A stretch of DNA of 64,000 nucleotides from a candidate division WWE3 bacterium UBA1401. Lineage in GTDB: Bacteria > Patescibacteriota > WWE3 > UBA101185 > UBA10185. Both the position numbers and the translations under genes were made by a program. The DNA lies in contig DBQF01000003.1 of assembly GCA_002305115.1 (NCBI GenBank), positions 1,338 through 65,337 of the forward strand, read 5' to 3'. The notes under the pieces are model-generated. The model ran no database searches, was not told where the DNA came from, and was given only the letters and a program-made list of their open reading frames with translations. Of this stretch, positions 44,783-52,244 are shown piece after piece. Positions within the stretch are counted from its first letter, which is position 1. Each line of letters begins with the position of its first letter.

Positions 44783-45331
44783 ATGACTAAAGATTGTTGT
44801 GAAAAGGAGCAAAAAAAGATAGATTCAGGTAAATTTACTGTTGATCCATTTATCCTAGTAGTCGCGGCTATAACGCTAGTGGTACTTGTAGGAACAATAT
44901 ACTTTGGGGGCAAGGCAGGTAAGGCTACTCAGGTTAGTGCAGACTCAAATGTAGAGTTATCAGTTGAGTCAACCAACCATTCCTGGGGCACCATAGAATA
45001 CGATGGCGGAACTGTGGCAAAAACCTTCAGTATAGGAAACACGGGCACAGAAATAGTTAGACTATATGATGTCGTTACTTCATGTATGTGCACCACCGCA
45101 CAGCTAATTACACCTGAAAAATCTTCAGGCAAATTTGGTATGCACAGCAGTTCTTCAGAGATATATGAACTAAAGCCAGGAGAGTCTGCAGAGCTAAAAA
45201 TAGAGTTTGATCCTGCTTATCACGGCCCAAGTGGAGTTGGGCAAGTAACTAGAACGGTAGTTGTAAAAACAAATGCTGCTAAGCATCCCCAGTTAACTTT
45301 CCAGCTATCTGCACTGGTAGTAAAGAATTAA
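44783..45331 (+). CDS. DUF1573-domain protein, membrane-anchored
   Basis: WGTIEYDGGTVAKTFSIGNTGTEIVRLYDVVTSCMCTTAQL matches the DUF1573 pattern with its C-x-C motif. Confidence 0.6.
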   Translation: MTKDCCEKEQKKIDSGKFTVDPFILVVAAITLVVLVGTIYFGGKAGKATQVSADSNVELSVESTNHSWGTIEYDGGTVAKTFSIGNTGTEIVRLYDVVTSCMCTTAQLITPEKSSGKFGMHSSSSEIYELKPGESAELKIEFDPAYHGPSGVGQVTRTVVVKTNAAKHPQLTFQLSALVVKN

Positions 45332-45334
45332 AAA

Positions 45335-46177
45335 ATGGACACATTATTTCAACTTTCATTAATTGCAGCATTTATAGCAGGAATGGTAGCACTGTTTGCA
45401 CCCTGTTGTATAAGTTTCTTATTACCTGCGTATTTCGCCAATATCTTTAAAGAAAGAAAACGGGTTGTTCTAATGACATTTATATATTCTCTGGGAATCT
45501 TCACCGTGATGTTGCCAGTTGTGTTAGGAGCTAGAGCTTTATCCCAGTTCTTCTTTCGCATGCATGATACCACTTATATTATAGGGGGAATGTTCCTAAT
45601 ACTTGTAGGTTTTTCAACCTTACTTGGGCTTAAATTGCCCATGCCACACCTGGAACTTGCAAAGAACTCAGACGATCCCTTATCAACCTACCTATTAGGG
45701 TTAATTTCAGGTATAACCAGCGCCTGCTGTGCCCCCGTTCTGATAGGAGTAATGGCTCTGTCATCATTCAGCCCCACTATGGTACAGTCTTTGCTGGTGG
45801 GCTTTTTCTATGTCTTGGGGATGGTAACGCCATTATATCTTGCAAGCCTACTTATAGATAAGAGAAACATTTTACAAAAACCCTTATTTAGAAGGCCTGT
45901 CAGGGAAGTTAGCATTGGTAAATCTTCCCATATGATTTTTGTTTCCAATCTCATTTCGTTTGCCACTTTTACATCCGTAGGACTTATTACAATATTTCTG
46001 TCACTTTCCGGAAAACTCGCTATGCAAGCAGGCGAAAACAGTGTAGCACAAACAATTCAACAAGTTGCTATGGCAGTTACCGTATTTGTCCACAAAATCC
46101 CTGGTCTAGACTTCTTTTTCTTATTGCTGGCTGTAGGGGCTCTTTATAAATTCGCTAAAATCATCAAAAGTAGATAA
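45335..46177 (+). CDS. CcdA/DsbD-type thiol-disulfide transporter-like membrane protein
   Basis: Two pseudo-symmetric TM Cys pairs, LFAPCCISFLLP and ITSACCAPVLIG. About 7 TM helices. Confidence 0.6.
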   Translation: MDTLFQLSLIAAFIAGMVALFAPCCISFLLPAYFANIFKERKRVVLMTFIYSLGIFTVMLPVVLGARALSQFFFRMHDTTYIIGGMFLILVGFSTLLGLKLPMPHLELAKNSDDPLSTYLLGLISGITSACCAPVLIGVMALSSFSPTMVQSLLVGFFYVLGMVTPLYLASLLIDKRNILQKPLFRRPVREVSIGKSSHMIFVSNLISFATFTSVGLITIFLSLSGKLAMQAGENSVAQTIQQVAMAVTVFVHKIPGLDFFFLLLAVGALYKFAKIIKSR

Positions 46178-46178
46178 A

Positions 46179-48365
46179 TTATTTTGAAAGCTTAAGTCCT
46201 GCCTTGCGCAAAGACATAGCATTTATAACCACAATAACCGAAGACAAGCTCATCAAAAGAGCTCCGATGGCAGGGGATAGCCTGAAGCCAAGAGGAATAA
46301 ATAGGCCAGCTGCCGCAGGAATGGCTAAAATATTATACCCAAGAGCCCAAAAGAGATTTTCAAGCATTTTTCTGTAAACCCTCCTGGATAGGATTATTAA
46401 CCTAACTAAGTGTTGAGGATTACTTTGTGTAAGCACTATGTCGCCAGCTTCTACTGCAACGTCAGTCCCGGCACCAATAGCAACCCCCACGTTAGCTTGG
46501 GTTAAGGCGGGGGCATCATTAACTCCGTCTCCGGCCATTACTACAATATTACCTTTATCCTGCAATTGCTTTATATATTTATATTTATCTTCAGGTAGCA
46601 CTTCTGCAAAAACAAGATCGATACCCAATTGGTTTGCTACATAGGAGGCAGCTGCTTTACTATCACCTGTGAGCATAGCAACTTTCATACCTAGTGCGTG
46701 TAATTGCGCGATTGCTTGTTTCGACTCTGTCTTTATTTGGTCACTTAGACCCAAAACGCCTAAAATTTTTGCCTCATCGGCTATAAACACTGGAGTTTTA
46801 CCTTCAGTGGCAAACTGGGTAAGCACTTGGGTTGCTTTGTCGGCTAGAAGATTGTGTTCCTGCATAAGCCTCTCATTACCAATCAGGTACTTCTGGCCAT
46901 CCACCACACCTTCCATACCTCTACCAGCTAGGTTTTTAATATTTATACTTTCGGCTAGCTGTACATTTTGGCGTTTGGCATAGTCAACAATTGCGGTGCC
47001 AAGCACATGCGAAGAATGACTTTCAATACTCGCGGCAACCTTCAACAAGGTTTGAGCATTAGTGCTAAGCTCAGCAATATCTGTAACACCAAAGTCTCCT
47101 TTAGTTAAGGTGCCGGTTTTATCAAAAACCACATAATCTGCCTGCTTAGCAATTTCAATCTTGCCCATATCTTTAATAAAGACGCCGTTTTTCACAGCTA
47201 ATCTAGTTGCAATAGTAGAGACAGTGGGAATAGCTAAGCCCAATGCGTGAGGGCATGCGATAACTAAAACAGTAATAGCAAGAGTAGCTGCGAATATAAA
47301 CGGATAACCCAAAAGAACAGACCAAATTAGCAAAGCGCTAATAGAGACAGAAAGAGCAAAAAAGGTAAGCCACCTAGAGGCTCTATCTGCTAATTTTTGA
47401 GCCGAGGGTTTTGTTTGTTTAGCCTGTGAAATGAGTTTTTGTATCTGACCTATGGTGGAAGAGGCTCCAACTCTACTTAACTGTACTTCCGCAGAACCAT
47501 CGATATTAATTGCGCCAGCCACAACTTCATTTCCAACAGTTTTAGGCAATGGGCGGGATTCACCTGAAATATGAGACTCATTAAAATTGGCTTTACCTTT
47601 GATGATCTGGCCATCCGCGGGCACTTTCTCACCGGCTTTAACAAGTACGGTGTCACCTGCCCGTAGCTTTTCTATAGCCACATCCTGTGTTCCCTGATCA
47701 GTTACCAGGTGTGCCTCTTTAGGCAATAATTTGGCTACCTCTTGTAAAGCGTCACCTGCCGCAGTAGACGATTTCGCTTCAAGATAATGCCCAAAAAGTA
47801 GTACCCAAATTAAGGTACCTACTTCCAAATAAAATTCGGTACGTAGCTGAGGTATAAATGTTGCTAAGACAGAAAACAAATAGCCAGAACCAATCCCTAG
47901 TGAGACTAAAGTCATCATGCCGTACTGTTTCATGCGAATTTCGTGGCTAGCGTGCTGGAAAAAAACCAGACCAAAGTAAAAGATAACGGTAGCAATCCCA
48001 AATTCTATTAACTCTCTGTAAGGAAAGTTGGATATTCCTAGTAACCTAATGCCTGGTTGGGAAAAGATGGCAAGAGGTACCAGTAAGGCTGTAACTATAA
48101 AAAATCTGCTCAGAAAGTCAGCAGCAGCTTCGGGACTTGACATCATACTTGCATGATCATGCTGCGTATGGGCGTGATTATGGCCAGTCTCAACTTGGTG
48201 CAGCATATGAGCTGATTTGTCACCGGGATGTCCCCCTCCATCAGACAGCACCAGATCCATGCCACATTTTGGACATTTACCTGATTCAGGCTGCTCTACT
48301 TCAGGATGCATTGGACAGGTGTATAGTGGCCCATAAGTATTAGAATGGCTTTCGCAACAGTTCAT
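46179..48365 (-). CDS. copB: copper-translocating P1B-type ATPase (CopB-like, CPH motif, His-rich N-terminus)
   Basis: N-terminal YTCPMHPEV...GKCPKCGMDL metal-binding module, His-rich HNHAHTQHDH, TM CPH (IACPHALGLAIP), DKTGTLT, GDGVNDAP. Confidence 0.9.
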   Translation of the reverse strand: MNCCESHSNTYGPLYTCPMHPEVEQPESGKCPKCGMDLVLSDGGGHPGDKSAHMLHQVETGHNHAHTQHDHASMMSSPEAAADFLSRFFIVTALLVPLAIFSQPGIRLLGISNFPYRELIEFGIATVIFYFGLVFFQHASHEIRMKQYGMMTLVSLGIGSGYLFSVLATFIPQLRTEFYLEVGTLIWVLLFGHYLEAKSSTAAGDALQEVAKLLPKEAHLVTDQGTQDVAIEKLRAGDTVLVKAGEKVPADGQIIKGKANFNESHISGESRPLPKTVGNEVVAGAINIDGSAEVQLSRVGASSTIGQIQKLISQAKQTKPSAQKLADRASRWLTFFALSVSISALLIWSVLLGYPFIFAATLAITVLVIACPHALGLAIPTVSTIATRLAVKNGVFIKDMGKIEIAKQADYVVFDKTGTLTKGDFGVTDIAELSTNAQTLLKVAASIESHSSHVLGTAIVDYAKRQNVQLAESINIKNLAGRGMEGVVDGQKYLIGNERLMQEHNLLADKATQVLTQFATEGKTPVFIADEAKILGVLGLSDQIKTESKQAIAQLHALGMKVAMLTGDSKAAASYVANQLGIDLVFAEVLPEDKYKYIKQLQDKGNIVVMAGDGVNDAPALTQANVGVAIGAGTDVAVEAGDIVLTQSNPQHLVRLIILSRRVYRKMLENLFWALGYNILAIPAAAGLFIPLGFRLSPAIGALLMSLSSVIVVINAMSLRKAGLKLSK

Positions 48366-48601
48366 TAGTGTTTATTAGCTTTCTTAATAAAATAGTAAGC
48401 TCCGGCACCTAAAAATACAACTATTGCAATACCTATAATTATTCCTACTAAACTGTACCCACCATACGTACCATATCCATGGTGCATAAAGGGCATGTGA
48501 TCCACATAGTCATTGCCGTATTCCGTATGAGCATAAGCCACACCAGAATTTAGTAGCTTATTTGATATTGTTGAGAAACCTGTTTTAAGAATAGTATTCA
48601 T
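48365..48601 (-). CDS. small secreted or anchored His/Met-rich protein (candidate extracytoplasmic metal-binding partner)
   Basis: Signal-like N-terminus ending VAYA-HTEY, then HTEYGNDYVDHMPFMHHGYG, then a C-terminal TM helix. TAATG overlap with the copB start. Confidence 0.5.
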   Translation of the reverse strand: MNTILKTGFSTISNKLLNSGVAYAHTEYGNDYVDHMPFMHHGYGTYGGYSLVGIIIGIAIVVFLGAGAYYFIKKANKH

Positions 48602-48627
48602 TTTAGTACTCCTTACAGAACTAAGTA

Positions 48628-48900
48628 TTAACTATTTCTCTGTTTCTTTTTAAAAACTCTCAATAGCTCTTTTACTGCTTTATCTTTATTAGAACTAAAT
48701 TGCTCAGCCACATGCATGTTTAGATGCCTTTCTAAAATTAAAGCATCTAGGCTTTTTAGGGAGTTTTGGATAGCTAAGCTTTGGTCTAGGATGTCTGTGC
48801 AGTAAACATCGTTGTCAATCATTTTGTATAAACCGTCTAGTTGACCTTTGATGATATTAATTCTTCTTTGAGCTTGTCTCTTAATAAGTTCAAAATTCAT
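48628..48900 (-). CDS. csoR: CsoR/RcnR-family metal-sensing repressor
   Basis: RINIIKGQLDGLYKMIDNDVYCTDILDQSLAIQNSLKSLDALILERHLNMHV matches the CsoR (DUF156) core with its Cys/His ligand positions. Start set to the ATG at 48900. Confidence 0.8.
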   Translation of the reverse strand: MNFELIKRQAQRRINIIKGQLDGLYKMIDNDVYCTDILDQSLAIQNSLKSLDALILERHLNMHVAEQFSSNKDKAVKELLRVFKKKQRNS

Positions 48901-48910
48901 ACATACAGGG

Positions 48911-48929
48911 TATACCCCCGTGGGGTATA
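48911..48929. promoter_or_regulatory. CsoR-type operator: TATACCCC-CGT-GGGGTATA, perfect 8-bp inverted repeat
   Basis: It lies between a minus-strand TTGACA (revcomp of 48930-48935) and the csoR ATG. GC-tract inverted repeats of the form TACCC-N-GGGTA are the known CsoR operator type. Confidence 0.65.
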
Positions 48930-48980
48930 TGTCAAATATATATATAGTACACAAGGAATATGTCATAGTATTTGCAAACC

Positions 48981-49202
48981 CTATTTATTGTCCTGGCTCT
49001 TTTGCAACCAACCTTCGGAAAGTAGCACATCTGCATAACCTACAGCTACACTTGCTTCGTAATGATAAGTAGTCGGGCAGATGTCACAAGCCTGGCAAAC
49101 CATTGCGTCGCACTCTACTCTTTCGGATGAATATACTGCTATACCTTTTTTGGCATAATGGGAAGTTATCTCTTCGCATTCTCCCAAGGGGGTTGCTGGC
49201 AT
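48981..49202 (-). CDS. hypothetical Cys-rich small protein (C-x4-C-x2-C-x2-C-P cluster)
   Basis: 73-aa ORF with VECDAMVCQACDICP. No family recognised, and coding status is uncertain. Confidence 0.3.
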   Translation of the reverse strand: MPATPLGECEEITSHYAKKGIAVYSSERVECDAMVCQACDICPTTYHYEASVAVGYADVLLSEGWLQKSQDNK

Positions 49203-49394
49203 TGCATAGGCTGATAGGTAAAAGTTAACAGTGTTAGTGGAGGTCCTGGGAAAAAAGGCACCGGAACGTTTTTACTGTCGATAGGTCACACAAATTTATA
49301 AACAACTAAACCACTAAAACTAAGGGTAATAAAAGTAGAAACAATTTTTTAGGCATATAACAAGTATATTAGCAGGCGCCTAAAATTAAAGCCC

Positions 49395-49432
49395 TTGAAC
49401 ATATGTACATTTTGTACTAATATAAATCTATG
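49395..49432 (+). promoter_or_regulatory. phd-vapC promoter: TTGAAC (49395-49400), 17 nt, TAATAT (49418-49423), 6 nt, ATG; the spacer holds a TGTACA-TTT-TGTAC repeat
   Basis: Read directly. The repeated TGTAC words in the spacer are a plausible antitoxin operator. Confidence 0.5.
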
Positions 49433-49708
49433 ACAATAACCGTTTCAATAAGTGATCTAAGAAATAATATAGCTAAATACCTCGAACAAGCCGCTAACGG
49501 TGTAACTATAATTGTTCGCGACGAAAAGAAAGATAAAACCATAGCTCAAATTGTAGCGGCAAATACATTTGATAAAAACCGTTACGAAATGGTTTTAAGA
49601 GACTCTGCAGGTGCTCTAGGTGATGAGCATACTGAATGGAAGAATGAAGAAGCAATCAAGGAATGGCTAACAAAAAGCAGACAAGATAGTGAAAGGACAT
49701 TTTACTAG
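49430..49708 (+). CDS. type II antitoxin, Phd/YefM family
   Basis: MTITVSISDLRNNIAKYLEQAANGVTIIV is a typical Phd/YefM N-terminus. TAGTG overlap with the PIN gene. Confidence 0.75.
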   Translation: MTITVSISDLRNNIAKYLEQAANGVTIIVRDEKKDKTIAQIVAANTFDKNRYEMVLRDSAGALGDEHTEWKNEEAIKEWLTKSRQDSERTFY

Positions 49709-50100
49709 TGTTTCTTATCGATACAGATATCTTGATCTGGGCACTGCGTGGTAACAAGGAGATTGTTGATAGTCTATCTGCGCTAAAAGACAGAAGCCCC
49801 ATGGCCATATCTATGATTACAATTGCTGAAATATACAAAAACGTTTACCCAAGAGAGCTTATAAAAACAGAAAGATTAATTAATGAACACATTAAATTCA
49901 CTGTTACAGAAGAGATAGCAAAAAGTGCCGGATTTTACTGGCAGGAATTCAACAAACAGTACAAAGGCATGAGTATACTTGATTGCATAATTGCAGCCAC
50001 AGCAAAGAGCAGTGGGTCTATCCTAGTAACTCTAAACACTAAACACTTTCCTATGAAAGACATTAAAGTTCTCAATCCAGCCAATAAAAAAACCGGCTGA
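49708..50100 (+). CDS. vapC: type II toxin, PIN-domain ribonuclease VapC
   Basis: FLIDTDILIW (first acidic residue), ITIAEI, ILDCIIAATA, LVTLNTKHF. This is the PIN acidic quartet pattern. GTG start. Confidence 0.8.
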   Translation: MFLIDTDILIWALRGNKEIVDSLSALKDRSPMAISMITIAEIYKNVYPRELIKTERLINEHIKFTVTEEIAKSAGFYWQEFNKQYKGMSILDCIIAATAKSSGSILVTLNTKHFPMKDIKVLNPANKKTG

Positions 50101-50124
50101 AATGCCTTAAGGTATAATACCTGC

Positions 50125-51060
50125 ATGCAAATATCAAAAGTATACTTCCACCCAATAAACTCACACGAAACAGACACACAAATAATTGCTGAGATAAGCA
50201 AAAAACTACTGCAAAAACTAATTTCTGAAAACAATATAACCCTACCTAAGAAACTGCCCATCAAGGTCCACACAGGCCAACCGGGCAACATTACCTTCAT
50301 TAAACCGGAAAACTTTACCGGCATGATCAACTTATTAAAAGAAACTGGTTCAGAACCCTACTACACCGAAACAAACATGCCTGGAGGCCCCAGATCATCG
50401 GAGAAAGGTAGCACTAAAGTCGCAAAAGAGCACGGATTTACCCAAATTCCGTTTTTGGTAGCAGATGGGGATGGTTACGACCACACGCTAGTACCAATTT
50501 CCGGGGGTAAGCACTTTACTGAATGCAAAATCGGCTCAAAGTTAGCCGATAGCCAGCGAGTTCTGGTAATCAGCCACTTTAAAGGCCACAGCATGGCAGG
50601 GTTTGGCGGCACAATCAAGCAATTAGGCATTGGCTTTGCTTCTGCCAGAGGAAAAGTTGAAGCACACGCAAAAGTAGCTATTCCGGAAGGTGAAGGCATT
50701 GACTGGGGTAGAGCAATGATAGGGGAAGGTTGGAACGAAGATTATGTATGGGCAGGAAAAGACTTTATGGAAAGAACTGCTGAATATGCGTTAGCTGCGG
50801 TAAATAGCAAACAATATTTTTATATACAATATGCGATAAATATAACACCCGATTGTGATTGTGATGGTAGTCCTATGCAACCAGTGTATAAAGATGTGGG
50901 CATCTTTGCTTCTCTAGATCCAGTAGCAATTGATAAGGCTAGTTTTGATGTATTAGCAAAGCGTGAAGGCAAAAAGCCTTTTGAGGGTGATTATATTTGT
51001 GAATATGGTGAAAAAATAAGTCTGGGTGCACAAGACTACGAACTGGTTGAAATAGATTAA
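50125..51060 (+). CDS. DUF362-domain protein
   Basis: LPIKVHTGQPGN..FIKPE start and the later CDCDG region resemble DUF362 proteins. TATAAT (50113-50118) plus 6 nt precede the ATG. Confidence 0.55.
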   Translation: MQISKVYFHPINSHETDTQIIAEISKKLLQKLISENNITLPKKLPIKVHTGQPGNITFIKPENFTGMINLLKETGSEPYYTETNMPGGPRSSEKGSTKVAKEHGFTQIPFLVADGDGYDHTLVPISGGKHFTECKIGSKLADSQRVLVISHFKGHSMAGFGGTIKQLGIGFASARGKVEAHAKVAIPEGEGIDWGRAMIGEGWNEDYVWAGKDFMERTAEYALAAVNSKQYFYIQYAINITPDCDCDGSPMQPVYKDVGIFASLDPVAIDKASFDVLAKREGKKPFEGDYICEYGEKISLGAQDYELVEID

Positions 51061-51083
51061 TTTTTTTAGAGTAGACACGAAAG

Positions 51084-51122
51084 GGAGTGCCACCAGCTAA
51101 GTTTGTTAACTGGCGGCACCCC
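51084..51122 (-). terminator. 13-bp stem-loop downstream of the second GC-rich gene
   Basis: On the minus-strand RNA, GGGGUGCCGCCAG-N13-CUGGUGGCACUCC pairs fully, with two G-U pairs. On the plus strand the same positions are A-C mismatches. No clean U-tract follows. Confidence 0.4.
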
Positions 51123-51135
51123 GCAAGACGACAGG

Positions 51136-52173
51136 TCAGAGCAGATGCTCCTGAAGGTATTGGAAGGCAATAAAATCTGCCTGATAACCTTCTGGATATA
51201 TATGCCCTCCATCCTGCTCCACCACGACCCACGTATCACCAATGGCATAGAAGTCACGATGAGAGGCCAGATCGCGAATCATCTCCAAGATGAATGTCCA
51301 AGGCATAATCGGATCATTCCACCGGAGATTCGGGGTCACGTGACGATCGGGTGCCTCCATTTGAGAAACGTGAAACGTTATGCTCCCCCTAAATTCATAG
51401 AGTAGAGCGAACTGTGCCTGATACGTAAGAAGGTCATCAGCAGCCAGTGACTCAGGCATACTTGGATAAGCAGGGTTGTTGAGACAATGGAGTGCCATTG
51501 CTAGATGCTGCAGATCCACAGTTAGTCCCCAACCATCCGGTAGATTAAGTAGCATCTCCTTGATGGTCCGATTGCCCATGTGTGTAGCCGTAGCGAAACG
51601 ATCGTTAGTCGTAGGCTCGTTCTCGACACATAGATCAACGTCGGCAACCCCATGCAGATCTAGAAGTGCACATAGTGCAGATCTTCTGTCAAGTTCCAGT
51701 TGCCACAGGATACTCTGTAGTCTGGCACGCTCGTTAACCGCAGGCTGTTTGGAAGACGGCCACATGAGAAGGGGATGGTAGGACAAACCGACTTCTAGTT
51801 CTGATGCATCAAACAGATCCTGAAGTACGCAACATTCAAACACCGCAGGGAATCCCATGTCAGTGTCGATGTAAACCGACCCCCCTATATCCACACCATC
51901 TGACGTGGGTTGTGAAAGCAAAGGCCAGCACAAGTGCGCAAAACTGAGCCGTTTCAATGGTGCCCCCACTTGCAGGAATTCATGGGCACGGTGTGCTAAC
52001 CTTTCAAGTCCAGTCTGGGTTAGATCCTGCTTGAGCAAGATGTCCTGTACGCCCTCTATGAGAACACCATTTTCCCCTAGATATGCCAGCTTGGAGGGTT
52101 TTCCCCCCTGCTGCTCGGGGGCTTCTCCAAGAAGGGTCACAGTATCGCCCAAAGCCATAAACCTGATACTCAT
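51136..52173 (-). CDS. orphan TIM-barrel-like protein, distant paralog of 23392-24357, encoded by a roughly 50% GC gene
   Basis: Ordered motifs SFAHLCW, LCVENEP, TATHMG, LTVDLQHLAMAL, ITFHVSQ, PDRHV, WVVVEQD parallel those of the first island protein. Sampled lines count 31/60 G+C. Confidence 0.45.
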   Translation of the reverse strand: MSIRFMALGDTVTLLGEAPEQQGGKPSKLAYLGENGVLIEGVQDILLKQDLTQTGLERLAHRAHEFLQVGAPLKRLSFAHLCWPLLSQPTSDGVDIGGSVYIDTDMGFPAVFECCVLQDLFDASELEVGLSYHPLLMWPSSKQPAVNERARLQSILWQLELDRRSALCALLDLHGVADVDLCVENEPTTNDRFATATHMGNRTIKEMLLNLPDGWGLTVDLQHLAMALHCLNNPAYPSMPESLAADDLLTYQAQFALLYEFRGSITFHVSQMEAPDRHVTPNLRWNDPIMPWTFILEMIRDLASHRDFYAIGDTWVVVEQDGGHIYPEGYQADFIAFQYLQEHLL

Positions 52174-52244
52174 CTCTCTCTGTCCTCTCTGCCCTTTTGG
52201 GCATTATATTTGGTCTGGTGAAGATTTTACCATGCCTATAGTAT

